The notes under the pieces were generated by a model. It was given only the letters and a program-made list of their open reading frames with translations. It searched no databases and had not been told where the DNA came from. 64,000 nt of DNA, taken from assembly GCA_963663165.1 (NCBI GenBank), contig OY760175.1:3584001-3648000 (forward strand), read 5' to 3'. This document shows positions 20,632-31,596 of the stretch, piece after piece. The position numbers were made by a program, and so were the translations under genes. This DNA comes from an uncultured Desulfospira sp. GTDB taxonomy: Bacteria > Desulfobacterota > Desulfobacteria > Desulfobacterales > Desulfobacteraceae. Within the stretch, counting starts at the first letter, position 1. Each line of letters starts with the position of its first letter.

Positions 20632-21465
20632 TCACTTGCTGTGCTTTTTTAAAATTTCCGCCAGCCGCCCCTGGCTTTTCAGCCGGTCAATCCCGGCATT
20701 GATGAGCTTTAATAACTCGTTGCTGAAAACGCAATTTTTCGTCATCACATAATAGAAACCCTCGCTGGGCTCTCCGGGCATAGGCGCAGATCCGATGTCA
20801 CTGGTCAGCAGCGGGGTCCCTAACAGGGAATACCCTTTGAGGACCTCGTATCTTGCCAGAACAACGCTGCACCGTTCCATCTTAAGCATCTGGATCAGTG
20901 CATTAAAATTGTCGGCAACGTTTTTCATGTCCTCGTTTTCTATTCCAAAATTTTTGTAGTTAAACCCGAGCCTGCCGCAGACCGGCCCATGTTCCAGCAA
21001 CTGTTCAGGCCTTGTTATGGCAAGTCCTTCAGGAAATTTTGATTTCAGATAAAAATAACTGGGGGTAATGCTGTATGCCCGGCGGGATACCAGATAGGTT
21101 GCCTTTCTTTGTTCATTGACGGATGTGGGCAGAATCAGCTGTATTTTCTCTCCCGATGCCAGGTTGGCCAGGACCCTTTTCCATGGAAACACCCTGAATT
21201 CATACTTAAGGCCGTATGGGGACAAAATTTCGTCTAATACGTCAATGGAGTACCCCACCATTTTTTTGGTCTTTATCCCGTTTTCCCGGTAAAAATATTC
21301 GTAGGGCGGCCACTCGCTTGAATCTTCGTCAATCCCGACATAAATCGTTGTGCCGCGTTTAAGGGTTGATAAAGTGTTACCGGTATCCGTATACCCCCTG
21401 CCACCGGGAAAAAGAGAAAGCATCAGTACGGCCAAAACAGCAAAAGAAAACACGGTTGTTCTCAT
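20632..21465 (-). CDS. Solo amino-acid-type substrate-binding protein (SBP family 3)
   Basis: Signal peptide; WPPY, GYSIDV, PWKRVL motifs. Confidence 0.8.
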   Translation of the reverse strand: MRTTVFSFAVLAVLMLSLFPGGRGYTDTGNTLSTLKRGTTIYVGIDEDSSEWPPYEYFYRENGIKTKKMVGYSIDVLDEILSPYGLKYEFRVFPWKRVLANLASGEKIQLILPTSVNEQRKATYLVSRRAYSITPSYFYLKSKFPEGLAITRPEQLLEHGPVCGRLGFNYKNFGIENEDMKNVADNFNALIQMLKMERCSVVLARYEVLKGYSLLGTPLLTSDIGSAPMPGEPSEGFYYVMTKNCVFSNELLKLINAGIDRLKSQGRLAEILKKHSK

Positions 21466-21624
21466 GATATGTTTCTCCCGTTGATAACTTATCCCGAAAG
21501 GTAAGCCAGATTATCCACTTTTGATTTTCGTCGTTTATTGATTATACCCTGAATCTATTTTAATTCAAGACTCGGATTCGAGCCGGACAGGGCAAGTGTG
21601 TTTTACTGGGCTGCAGTTTGTCCA

Positions 21625-22022
21625 ATAAAATGGACTTGGGACATGGGATATGGGACTTGGGGATTGCAGCATCCGTGGCCTACCCAAGTTCGGTGGGGTA
21701 CGCTTTTATGCCACCAGTTGCTGTGAGCCAGTTTGATTTAAAGTTCGAAAACAACATGTTATACGAATTATACGAAAAACGGTGGGCAACGCTTCGCTGC
21801 TGCGTGTTTGCCCTACCGAGTTGCTCTCGCGAAGGCACAAAGGCGCAAAGATTAATTCCCTTGGGCAACGGTATTCTTTGCGCCTTAGCGTGAGAATATA
21901 AAGAAGAGGGCAAAGCCCTCGATTTTAGCATCTCAGAGCGATCGGCAAGCATTACGTGTTTGCTTTATAAATTTGAGAAACCCTTACCTACCCAAGTCCC
22001 ACATCCCAAGTCTCAAGTCTAT
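21625..22022. repeat. Dispersed repeat, family C (fullest copy)
   Basis: ttgggac-type ends and an aaggcgcaaag...ctttgcgcctt palindrome; copies at 30347..30530 and, inverted, 36838..37082. Confidence 0.75.
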
Positions 22023-22028
22023 AAAATC

Positions 22029-22733
22029 TCACAGCCCATACTCCTCACAGACCTTGATGATCAAACAGACATGCTCCTCCATGGCTTTGACCGAGCGTTC
22101 CGGGTCATGGTCCCGGATGGACTCATAAATCTGCTGATGCTGCTGGTCAATTAACTGGTTAATCCCTAAGCCGTCTAATTTTACTTTATAAGAAACCGTC
22201 ATGGCATAAGTCTGGACATCATAGAAGCTTTTCATCAGGTGAATGTGGACAATGTTTTTGCTGGCATAGGCAATGTTCATGTGAAAACCGATATCCGTCA
22301 GTATGGGGTCATTCTTAACGATCCGGTCATGGGCCATCTGATCAAGTTTTTCCTTGATCTTAAGAACATCCTTATCCGTGGCCCGTTTTGCCGCAAGCTC
22401 CGCACTTTTAAGCTCCAGTGCGAGCCGGACCTCCATACAGTCGGCAATGGTGAAATCCTCCGTGTTCAGAACCTGAAGCAGCGGCTTTTTTTCAATGTCC
22501 GAATAGGGCTTCTGGACAAAGGTTCCCACCCCGCGCCGGCTGACAATCAATCCCTGGTTCATCAGTTTTTGAATGGCACTGCGCACCGTGGGCCGCCCGA
22601 CCTTAAACAGTGCGGCCATATCCCGCTCGGAAGACAGGCGTTCCCCCGGTGCAAGATCGCCCCGGTAAATCATATCCCGCAGTTGTTCATACACCCGGTC
22701 GGATACATTTCGATGTTTAATGGGCTCGATCAC
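22029..22733 (-). CDS. GntR/FadR family regulator (LldR/PdhR-like)
   Basis: PGERLSSERDMA...VGRPTVRSA winged HTH; FCD domain DIGFH. Confidence 0.9.
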   Translation of the reverse strand: MIEPIKHRNVSDRVYEQLRDMIYRGDLAPGERLSSERDMAALFKVGRPTVRSAIQKLMNQGLIVSRRGVGTFVQKPYSDIEKKPLLQVLNTEDFTIADCMEVRLALELKSAELAAKRATDKDVLKIKEKLDQMAHDRIVKNDPILTDIGFHMNIAYASKNIVHIHLMKSFYDVQTYAMTVSYKVKLDGLGINQLIDQQHQQIYESIRDHDPERSVKAMEEHVCLIIKVCEEYGL

Positions 22734-22771
22734 CTTTCGGGCCTCCTTGTGGCAGGTTGTCGCGTTTCATG

Positions 22772-22782
22772 TGGTAATACCA
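22772..22782. promoter_or_regulatory. Putative FadR-family operator
   Basis: Palindrome TGGT-AAT-ACCA in the divergent promoter region; fits TGGT-N3-ACCA. Confidence 0.55.
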
Positions 22783-22959
22783 GTTATCCAGAAGATGTTG
22801 ATCAGATCAAACCATATAATGTTAACTCTCATTCGTCAAGCCCGGATATCTCTATAATTTTATACAAAATTGCTTGATTTTAATTTGATTAAAGTATACA
22901 TGGGGGTTCGTATTGGTGGATAGATAACAGAACCACAGAGAAAGGAACCGGGTGTTTTG

Positions 22960-24252
22960 ATGATGGATGATTTGTACATTCAGACGGTTAATGGACGCAT
23001 TCCTTTAAACCTTCCGGCCTCCTGGCAGGTTCTGACTGTGGCCGATTTTCAAGAGCCCGAAACCCGGCCGGATCCGGCGGTCTGCTTTGACCGGGCAATG
23101 AACGCCCCCGTCGGGTGTCCCTTTCTGGAAGACCAGATCACACCGGATGCCGAAATCTGTATTCTTATCGAAGACCTGACCCGGAAATCCCCCAAAAAAC
23201 TGATCCTGGAAAAATTGCTGGAACGGCTTTCCCGGATCGGTGTCCCCAATGACAACATCAGTATCGTTATTGCCCTTGGCACCCATAAGGGGCTTTCGGA
23301 AAAAGAGTTTGAAGACGCTTTTGGCAAAGAAATTGTTGCCGCATATACCTTTTACAACCACGACTGCCATGCCGGAGACCTGATACCGGTAGGCCATCTT
23401 GAATCCGGGGCAACGGTAAAAATAAACCCCCAGGCATACCGGGCTGATTTCAGGATCGGTATCGGCTCCATTTTTCCCCATCCCCTCAACGGATTTGGCG
23501 GCGGCGCAAAAATTCTGTTTCCGGGCATCGCCGATATCGGATCTATTACCGAACACCACCTTAAGCACAGCTTCAGGGGAAACTCGTATATGGGCAACCT
23601 TGAGGCCAATGCCTTTTACGATGAAGTTATTGCCATGGCCGGCGCCGGCCGCCTGGATTTCATCATCAACAGTGTTCTGGACCACCGGGACCACCTTCAC
23701 GACATGGTATGCGGCCATTTTATAGACGCCCATATTGCTGGCACAAAGCTGTGCCGGAACATTATTTCCAAACCCTTTCCGGCCAAGTCCGATGTCACCG
23801 TCATTTCCGCCTTTCCCTATACCCAGGGTCCCCAGATCATGAAACCCCTGGCACCGGCCGACATGATTACCCGAAAAGGCGGTGCCATTATTTTATATGC
23901 CGATTGCAGCGATGCCTTTCCCGAAACCTATTATAAAGCCTGTGAACAATTCAGATCTGCCCATGAGGGGCAGCTGAAAAAAAATGTACTGGCATATTTT
24001 GACGCCAACCACCCGATCATGCCCGGCGCGCCCCCGGAACTGAACATGTCCATGGCCCAGGTCATGCTGGCACTCAATGACTATGAGGTGATTCTGGTGG
24101 CAAAGGATATCCCGGCGCAGCAGATAAAACGGCTGGGGTTTACCCCTGCAAAAGACGTAAATGAGGCGGTTGCCCTGTGCCAGCAGCGGCACACCAGCCC
24201 CAGTGTAAATATTGTACCATCCGGCGGGGTGCTGTTACCCGTTGTTCCTTAA
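22960..24252 (+). CDS. LarA-family (nickel-pincer) 2-hydroxy-acid racemase
   Basis: EDLTR, ALGTH, NHDC, FPH...GFGGGAKILFPG, HH motifs. Confidence 0.85.
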   Translation: MMDDLYIQTVNGRIPLNLPASWQVLTVADFQEPETRPDPAVCFDRAMNAPVGCPFLEDQITPDAEICILIEDLTRKSPKKLILEKLLERLSRIGVPNDNISIVIALGTHKGLSEKEFEDAFGKEIVAAYTFYNHDCHAGDLIPVGHLESGATVKINPQAYRADFRIGIGSIFPHPLNGFGGGAKILFPGIADIGSITEHHLKHSFRGNSYMGNLEANAFYDEVIAMAGAGRLDFIINSVLDHRDHLHDMVCGHFIDAHIAGTKLCRNIISKPFPAKSDVTVISAFPYTQGPQIMKPLAPADMITRKGGAIILYADCSDAFPETYYKACEQFRSAHEGQLKKNVLAYFDANHPIMPGAPPELNMSMAQVMLALNDYEVILVAKDIPAQQIKRLGFTPAKDVNEAVALCQQRHTSPSVNIVPSGGVLLPVVP

Positions 24253-24339
24253 AGGACGTTGAACTTTGCAGACCAAACCGGCCTGCATTGGAAATTTATA
24301 ACCCCCCCGAAACCATCGGGGCAACATTGAGAGGAAAAA

Positions 24340-25374
24340 ATGAAAAGATCGCTCACTGTCAGTATCATCGTTTGTTTCATCTGTTGTTTGTGCAGCACCG
24401 GTTTTGCCAGAACCCTTAAAATGGGATTTGTGGCACCGCCAAGCCACCCGGAAGTTAAAGCCGCGGGTGTTTTTGCCGAGTACGTCAAAAAGAAAACCAA
24501 CGGGGAAATCACCATTGATATCTTTCCCATGGGCCAGCTGGGCGGGGAACGCTCCATGGTAGAGCAGGTACAGGGCGGCACCCTGGATATGATGGCCTGC
24601 ACCACGGCGGTTCTGTCCAACTTTGTCCCTGAAGTTCTCCTGTTTGACCTGCCCTTTCTGTGGCCGTCACGGGGTGTGGCCTACTCGGTGCTGTGGGATT
24701 CTGAATTCTACAAAATCTTTGCCGACCGTTTTCCCAAAAAAGGCTTTGTTGCCTTAGGGTTTGGTGAAAACGAGATGCGCGACCTGACCAATGTCAAGCA
24801 AGAGGTCCGCAAGCCTGAAGATGTCAAGGGGATGAAAATCCGCGTCATGGAAGCCCCGGTCTATCTGGAAACCTGGCAGACATTAGGGGCAAGCCCGGTT
24901 CCCATGCCCTTCCCTGAAATCTACAATGCCCTGCAGCAGGGCGTTATCGATGCCCAGGAAAACCCGATTTTAACTTCCGTTCTCATGAAATTCACGGAAG
25001 TGTGCCCCTACGCCACCATCACCAACTATACCCTTACGGAAACCGTCAGAATTGTGAACATTGACGTATGGGAAAGCCTTACCCCGGAACAGCAGGAAAT
25101 TTTCAAGGAAGGGGCTGACATGATGACCCGCCTGAACCGGGAAGGCGGCATGAAAATGCTGACCGAAATCCTGGCCAAACTCGAATCCGAAGGCAAGGTA
25201 AAAGTCACCCGGCTGAGCAAGGAAGAGAGAGCCGCATTCCGTGAAGCGGTTCAGCCCGTGTATGACAAATTTGAAGAAAAAGTCGGAAAAATCCCCAATA
25301 AGGAAGAATACGGCCGTTTTGCCGGCATGACTTACCTTAAAATGATCCAGGAAAAAATCAAGCAATACCAATAA
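24340..25374 (+). CDS. dctP: TRAP transporter substrate-binding protein
   Basis: GQLGGE, DLPFL, GMKIRVM, EIYNALQQGVIDAQENP. Confidence 0.92.
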   Translation: MKRSLTVSIIVCFICCLCSTGFARTLKMGFVAPPSHPEVKAAGVFAEYVKKKTNGEITIDIFPMGQLGGERSMVEQVQGGTLDMMACTTAVLSNFVPEVLLFDLPFLWPSRGVAYSVLWDSEFYKIFADRFPKKGFVALGFGENEMRDLTNVKQEVRKPEDVKGMKIRVMEAPVYLETWQTLGASPVPMPFPEIYNALQQGVIDAQENPILTSVLMKFTEVCPYATITNYTLTETVRIVNIDVWESLTPEQQEIFKEGADMMTRLNREGGMKMLTEILAKLESEGKVKVTRLSKEERAAFREAVQPVYDKFEEKVGKIPNKEEYGRFAGMTYLKMIQEKIKQYQ

Positions 25375-25451
25375 GCCAACCGCTTCCGGCCGGCCGGATA
25401 TCCGTGCCGGCCGGATTTTTTTACCCCTAACCTTAAAATTGATGCCATCAA

Positions 25452-25961
25452 ATGAAAAAGTTCATCGGAACCCTGAATAAAATTGAGGAGATCGCTGTCG
25501 GGTATGCCCTGCTTTCCCTTGCCGTGATCGCAACCATCCACGTGTTTTTAAGATATACCTTTGGCATTGCCTATGACTGGATTGACGAAGGATCACGGTA
25601 CATGACCATCCTGATCACCTTTGTGGGGGCGGATGTCTGTGTCCGGTACGGTACCCACTTCAGCATGGATGCCGTAATTCAATATTCGCCCAACCGGGTC
25701 AAGCATTTTCTCAAGCTGCTGGCCAACCTGATTTCGGCATCCATCATGGGGGTAACCTTTTACTACTCCTGGGTTCAGATCGGCAAACTGCACCGTTTTG
25801 AGGCCACGACCCCATCTTTTCAGATTCCCATGTACATCCCTTACCTGCCCATCGGTATTTTCACCATCGTCATTGCGCTCCGGTTTTTAGCGGCAGCCAT
25901 TAGAAACGGCCGTGACTTAATTAACAATACACCTTATAAAACCGAAGGGGGGATGCATTAA
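25452..25961 (+). CDS. dctQ: TRAP transporter small permease
   Basis: Four TM helices; RY..G...W.DE motif. Confidence 0.88.
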   Translation: MKKFIGTLNKIEEIAVGYALLSLAVIATIHVFLRYTFGIAYDWIDEGSRYMTILITFVGADVCVRYGTHFSMDAVIQYSPNRVKHFLKLLANLISASIMGVTFYYSWVQIGKLHRFEATTPSFQIPMYIPYLPIGIFTIVIALRFLAAAIRNGRDLINNTPYKTEGGMH

Positions 25962-25963
25962 CC

Positions 25964-27241
25964 ATGATTGCTTTTATGGGAATTCTGTTTCTGGTGCTGC
26001 TGGTTATTTCCACCCCCATCGCCATCATCCTGCTGACCGTTACCGGGGCAACCCTGTTCTTTTTTCTGCACATTCCGCTCCAGGCACTGGTGCAGCAGCT
26101 TTTCAACGGCATGGACAACTTCATTCTTCTGGCCATCCCGTTTTTCATCCTTGCCGGCAACATCATGGCCCGGGGCTCTATCTCCAAAATGCTGGTGGAG
26201 GTCATGCAGCTTCTGGTGGGCTGGCTGCCTGGGGGCATGGCCATTGCGTCGGTTCTGGCCTGTATCTTTTTTGCCGCCATTTCAGGGTCAAGCCCTGCCA
26301 CGGTGATTGCCATCGGCTCCATCATGATCCCGGCCCTGGTACAGCATGGGTATGATGAAGACTTCAGCATCGGTCTTCTGACTTCGTCGGGGTCCATGGG
26401 CATTTTGATCCCGCCGTCCATTCCCATGGTATTGTATGCCCTGGTCATGAACGTCTCTGTCGGCCGTATGTTTATGGCCGGTCTGCTGCCCGGTGTGGTC
26501 ATCGGCGGCATTCTGGTGATATATTCCGTAATCCTGGCCAAAAAACACGGCTGGAAAACGGAAAGAACTTACGCGCCCGGTGAAAAACTCAAGCTGTTAA
26601 AAAACGCCTCCTGGGGGATTGCCATGCCGGCCATCGTGCTTGGCGGTATCTACTCCGGGGTGTTTACGCCGACTGAGGCGGCAGCGGTTTCGGTGGTGTA
26701 TGCGCTGTTGGTGGAGCTGTTCATTTACCGGAACATGTCATTGAAAAAACTTAACGAGGTCCTGGTTGAATCCGTGGCCCTGTCTTCGGCCCTGCTGTTC
26801 ATCATTGCCTGTGCCATGACCTTTATCTGGCTTTTGACCCGTGAAAAAATGCCGGTGGCCGCAGCTGATTTCATCATGACCCACATTCAGAACAAATATG
26901 TGTTCCTGTTTGCCATCAACATTTTTCTGCTGCTGGTGGGCTGTGTCATGGATATTGTATCGGCCATCATCGTTATCTCACCCATTTTAATGATTGCCCT
27001 GCAAAAATTTGACATCGACCTGATCCATTACGGCATCATGATGATCGTGAATGTGGAATTCGGATTTTTAACCTTTCCCTTTGGGCTGAACCTGTTTGTG
27101 GCCATGGGGATCACAGGAAAATCCCTGACCCGGATCGGCAAAGCGGTCTTTCCGTTTCTCCTGCTCATGTTTATCGGGCTTTTGCTGATCACCTATATTC
27201 CGGGAATCTCGCTTTGGATCCCCAATCTGTTAATGAATTAA
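25964..27241 (+). CDS. dctM: TRAP transporter large permease
   Basis: LAIPFFILAG, SGSSPAT, IPPSIP, FTPTEAA. Confidence 0.92.
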   Translation: MIAFMGILFLVLLVISTPIAIILLTVTGATLFFFLHIPLQALVQQLFNGMDNFILLAIPFFILAGNIMARGSISKMLVEVMQLLVGWLPGGMAIASVLACIFFAAISGSSPATVIAIGSIMIPALVQHGYDEDFSIGLLTSSGSMGILIPPSIPMVLYALVMNVSVGRMFMAGLLPGVVIGGILVIYSVILAKKHGWKTERTYAPGEKLKLLKNASWGIAMPAIVLGGIYSGVFTPTEAAAVSVVYALLVELFIYRNMSLKKLNEVLVESVALSSALLFIIACAMTFIWLLTREKMPVAAADFIMTHIQNKYVFLFAINIFLLLVGCVMDIVSAIIVISPILMIALQKFDIDLIHYGIMMIVNVEFGFLTFPFGLNLFVAMGITGKSLTRIGKAVFPFLLLMFIGLLLITYIPGISLWIPNLLMN

Positions 27242-27318
27242 CCGTCTACTTTACAAGGTGGCCCATAGATAAAAGTGAGCCATCATGATGCAACCCGATT
27301 TGACAGGACAATAGTCAA

Positions 27319-30249
27319 ATGACGAACAATAAAGAGAACACATCCCAGGCCCTGGTAAATGATTTGGAAAAAGTGATCCACGGTGAAGTCCGTGCGGATC
27401 AGCTGACCCGCAGGATTTACGCCACCGATGCCTCGGATTTTTGCAAGGTGCCAGTGGGGGTGGTCATCCCCAAAGATGCCGATGATGTCTGTGCCGCCAT
27501 AGAGACAGCGGCCCGGCACCATATCCCGGTGATTCCCCGGGGCGGCGGTTCCAGTCTGTCCGGCCAGACCGTGGGCACCGGACTGGTCATTGACCATTCC
27601 AAGTACATGAACCGCATTCTGGAAATCAACCCGGAAGAACAATGGGTCAAAGTTCAGCCCGGTGTGGTGCTGGACACCCTTAATGCGGCCCTTGCCCCCC
27701 ATAACCTGATGGTGGGGCCGGACCCCTCATCCAGTGCCGTGGCCACCATGGCCGGTATGGCCGGCAACAACTCTACCGGGTCCCATTCCTTCAGGTACGG
27801 CATGATGGCCGATCATATCCTGGAAATGGAAGTGATCCTGTCCGACGGCAGCAAGGTGCTGTTTAACGGCAAGGATCCGGCCACGGTTAACTTTCTGGCC
27901 GGGCAGGACAGCCTGGAAGCCGCCCTGTACCGAGAAATCCCGTCTTTGCTGGACCAGTACCGGGAAGATATTCTCAACGGTTACCCCAACACCTGGCGCA
28001 ATGTGGCCGGTTACGGATTAAACCGGCTCCTGACCGCACAGACCAACAATGCCCCCTTCAGCTTGGCCCCCCTGATCGCCGGCAGTGAGGGCACCCTGGG
28101 CCTTATCTCCCAACTCAAACTGGCCGTTGTGGAACGGCCCCGGGTGATTAATCTGCTGATCCTTCACTACCCCTCAATGGAACAGGCCCTGGAGATGGTG
28201 CCGTCCATTCTGGAACATCAACCGGCCGCCGTGGAGCTGATGACCTCTCCGTCTATTATGCTGGCCGACGGCCATGCCGGGTTCCGGCTCCTGCTGCGCA
28301 AATTTGTCCAGGGAAATCCCGGGGCCATCCTCATCGTGGAGTTTGGCGAGTCCTCACAGGCAAAAGTGGATTCAGGCATCGGCAAGCTGCGCTCCTGGCT
28401 GGACGGCCAGGGCTATAAAGAACCGGTCACCCTGTGCGATACCCCTGAAAAAATCGGCACCGTGTGGCAGGTCCGCAAGGCCATTATCGGCCTTCTGGTC
28501 AGCAAACCCGGGGATAACAAACCCATTTGGATCATCGACGATGCCACCGTTCCCGTGGATCAGTTGAATGATTATACCCGGGATGTGCAGGCCGCAGGAA
28601 AAAAAGTCGGCATCGATATCAACTTTGATGCCCATGCATCTGCCGGCTGCCTTCATATGGGCCTGGAACTGAACATGAAGACCCAAAAGGGCCTTTCCCA
28701 CCTGGAGCTGCTCTCCAAAGAGATCATGGACATTGCCATTGCCCATGGCGGCACCACCACCGGTGAACACGGCGAGGGACTGGCCCGCAGCTATTTTACC
28801 GAAAAACTTTACGGCAAAAGGCTTTATGAGGCCTTTAAATCCGTAAAATCTGCCTTTGACCCCGACCACCGGCTCAACCCCAACAAGATCATCAACCCCA
28901 TAGAACCCTGGGATAAGGAATGGCTGCGCTATTCCCCGGATTACAAAACACCCCTGAACCCGGAGCAGACCTTCATGGACTTTGGGGATTACGGCGGGTT
29001 TGCCGGATTGGTGGAGATGTGCAACGGCATGGGGGTCTGCAGGTCCATGGAAAACGGCACCATGTGCCCCTCCTACCGGGCCACCAGAGAGGAGCTTCAC
29101 ACCCCCCGGGGCCGGTCCAACATCCTTCGGGCGGCCATCAGCGGAGAATTAGGGGAAAAAGGCCTTTTGGACAAAATGGTCTACCAGGCCATGGAGCTAT
29201 GCCTGGAGTGCAAGGCCTGCCGGAATGAATGCGCCTCCAAAGTGGATGTGGCCAAGCTCAAGTATGAATTTTTAGCCCAATACCAGGAAGCCCACGGGGT
29301 CCCCCTGCGCAGCAGAATGTTCGGGGCCATGGCCCTGGCCGATTCCCTGGGCAGCAAGGTTCCGGCCCTGGCCAATGCCCTGTACAAAAACAAATTATTC
29401 CGCAAGCTGCTGGACAGCGCCGTTAAAATTGATGCCCGGCGGGAACTGCCCCTGATAGCCGGCGAGACCTTTCAGCAATGGTTTTACCGGCGCCCGGCCA
29501 GGCCTTCAGCGCCCAACGGGCCGGTTATTTTGTGGGATGACTGCCATTTAAGCTATCATGAACCCCAAATCGGCGTGGCCGCTGTGACCGTTCTGGAGGC
29601 CGCCGGATTTGAGGTCATCCTGGTCAAGAAAAGACAGTGCTGCGGGCGGCCCATGATTTCCAAAGGCCTGCTCAAAAAAGCGGCGGCCAATGCCCGGCAC
29701 AATATCAAGCTGCTCAGCGCTGACAAGTTCAAAGACATTCCCATGGTGGGCATTGAGCCCAGCTGTATTGCCTGTTTTAGAGATGAGTATCCCGACCTGG
29801 TCAAGAGCGAAGAGGCCGGGCAGGTGGCCAAAAGATCATTTTTCTTTGAAGAATTCATAATGGATCTGGCCTCTCAGGGAAAACTGGCCCTTCCCTTTCA
29901 TGAAACCGGGAATCCCAAGGCGGTTCATGTCCATACCCACTGTTATCAGAAATCCCTTGGAACGGCCCCCAAGGTAGTTGAGATGCTTAAACTGATCCCG
30001 GGAACCACCGTCACCGAGATCGGCAGCGGCTGCTGCGGCATGGCCGGGGCTTTTGGATATGAAAAGGAACATTACGAGATCTCCATGGCCATAGGCGAGC
30101 AATCCCTGTTCCCCGCGGTCCGCAGCGCCCCGGAAGGCGCTGTTATTGCGGCTGCCGGCACCTCATGCAGAACCCAGATCAAGGACGGGACAAGCACAAA
30201 AGCCCTTCATCCCATTGAGGTCCTGGCCCGGGCAGTCTCTTCACACTAG
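27319..30249 (+). CDS. FAD-binding / Fe-S (CCG) oxidoreductase, D-2-hydroxy-acid dehydrogenase-like (YdiJ/Dld-II type)
   Basis: YATDAS, RGGGSSLSGQ, GSEGTLG, GEHGEG, CNGMGVC, CLECKAC, two CCG domains. Confidence 0.88.
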   Translation: MTNNKENTSQALVNDLEKVIHGEVRADQLTRRIYATDASDFCKVPVGVVIPKDADDVCAAIETAARHHIPVIPRGGGSSLSGQTVGTGLVIDHSKYMNRILEINPEEQWVKVQPGVVLDTLNAALAPHNLMVGPDPSSSAVATMAGMAGNNSTGSHSFRYGMMADHILEMEVILSDGSKVLFNGKDPATVNFLAGQDSLEAALYREIPSLLDQYREDILNGYPNTWRNVAGYGLNRLLTAQTNNAPFSLAPLIAGSEGTLGLISQLKLAVVERPRVINLLILHYPSMEQALEMVPSILEHQPAAVELMTSPSIMLADGHAGFRLLLRKFVQGNPGAILIVEFGESSQAKVDSGIGKLRSWLDGQGYKEPVTLCDTPEKIGTVWQVRKAIIGLLVSKPGDNKPIWIIDDATVPVDQLNDYTRDVQAAGKKVGIDINFDAHASAGCLHMGLELNMKTQKGLSHLELLSKEIMDIAIAHGGTTTGEHGEGLARSYFTEKLYGKRLYEAFKSVKSAFDPDHRLNPNKIINPIEPWDKEWLRYSPDYKTPLNPEQTFMDFGDYGGFAGLVEMCNGMGVCRSMENGTMCPSYRATREELHTPRGRSNILRAAISGELGEKGLLDKMVYQAMELCLECKACRNECASKVDVAKLKYEFLAQYQEAHGVPLRSRMFGAMALADSLGSKVPALANALYKNKLFRKLLDSAVKIDARRELPLIAGETFQQWFYRRPARPSAPNGPVILWDDCHLSYHEPQIGVAAVTVLEAAGFEVILVKKRQCCGRPMISKGLLKKAAANARHNIKLLSADKFKDIPMVGIEPSCIACFRDEYPDLVKSEEAGQVAKRSFFFEEFIMDLASQGKLALPFHETGNPKAVHVHTHCYQKSLGTAPKVVEMLKLIPGTTVTEIGSGCCGMAGAFGYEKEHYEISMAIGEQSLFPAVRSAPEGAVIAAAGTSCRTQIKDGTSTKALHPIEVLARAVSSH

Positions 30250-30346
30250 ATTCAGAACAATGACCCCCTCTCCTTTGCCCTGGTCAACCGGCACGGGGGG
30301 GGGGCAACGCTACACTTTTGCCCACCGAGCTTCCCTTTAAAAAAAA

Positions 30347-30530
30347 TCTCACAAAGGCGCAACGGCGCAAAGCTTAACTTCCCTTGGACAATAGTATTCT
30401 TTGCGCCTTAGCGCCTTTGCGTGAGAATATAAAAAAAGAGGGCGAAGCCCCCGATTTTAGGATGACAGAGCAAGGAGAAAAGCATTCCATACATTGAGAA
30501 CCCCTTGCTACCCCATATCCCAAGTCTCAA
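30347..30530. repeat. Family C repeat, partial copy
   Basis: ggcgcaaagcttaacttcccttgg...ctttgcgccttagcg...gtgagaatataaa matches 21825..22020. Confidence 0.75.
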
Positions 30531-30753
30531 CAATATACATCATCATCCATACCCGCATATAAAACAGTTGGCAGATTAAATGCGATCACCCTGGCGTCCA
30601 TTAGTGGCCCACTTGATCAGTGGCGCAGTTGTCTGATATGAAGGCATCTGTATATATTTTTTTTCAACACCAGAACCCAAAAGGCAACCGCAATGACACA
30701 GATCTTGAGAAATCCGTGCCTGCCGTTTATGGAGATAAAAAAAGGGGCTTTTC

Positions 30754-31596
30754 ATGAAACTGACAGATAAAATTCATCTTTTAAAACTGGCTTTCCACAT
30801 TCAGCTTCCTGCCGGAAAAACCGTGGAGCGGTACGTGAACTGTGTGGTTGTTTTCGGCAAAAAGATCACCCTGATTGACACCGGCACCAAGGGGTGCGAA
30901 ACAATTATTTCAACCTATATCAAGGCGAACGGCCGGGATATTTCAGACCTTGATACCATTATCCTGTCCCATGCTCATCCGGACCATATCGGGTCGGCGG
31001 CCATCTTAAAAAAACAGGCCGGCTGCCGGGTTCTGGCCCATGCAATTGAAACCGAATGGATTGAAAACATTGAGCTGCAGAACAGGCAGCGCCCGGTACC
31101 TGGATTCTTCAGTCTGGTGGACCAGCCTGTCGCTGTTGATGCCCCCCTGGAACACGGGCAGGTGTTACAGGCTGATGACGACATCCACCTTGAAATCATT
31201 CACAACCCAGGACACTCCAAAGGCTCGGTCAACATTCTGTTCAAAGAAGATAAAATTTTATTCACGGCAGACAGTGTCCCTGTGGTCAATGATATCCCCA
31301 GCTATGACAGTTTCACAGACCTGGTGTCAGGCCTTGAGTCAATCAGAAACAACCCGGGTTACGACACGCTTTTAACGTCCTGGAGCAATGCGCTTTGGGG
31401 CCGGGATAAGATTGCAGCCTTCCTGGATGAAGGCGCACAATATCTTGAAACGCTCGATAAAACGGTAAAACGCTGGTATGCAGGGAAAGAACCGGAACCC
31501 CTGTCCTTTTGCCGAAAGGTGATCCACACCTTGAATCTGCCCCCATTTTATGTCAACCCCATTGTTGACCAGGCGTTTAAAGGACATCAGCCATGA
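30754..31596 (+). CDS. Metallo-beta-lactamase fold hydrolase
   Basis: LIDTG, SHAHPDHIG (HxHxDH), PGHS. Confidence 0.85.
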   Translation: MKLTDKIHLLKLAFHIQLPAGKTVERYVNCVVVFGKKITLIDTGTKGCETIISTYIKANGRDISDLDTIILSHAHPDHIGSAAILKKQAGCRVLAHAIETEWIENIELQNRQRPVPGFFSLVDQPVAVDAPLEHGQVLQADDDIHLEIIHNPGHSKGSVNILFKEDKILFTADSVPVVNDIPSYDSFTDLVSGLESIRNNPGYDTLLTSWSNALWGRDKIAAFLDEGAQYLETLDKTVKRWYAGKEPEPLSFCRKVIHTLNLPPFYVNPIVDQAFKGHQP

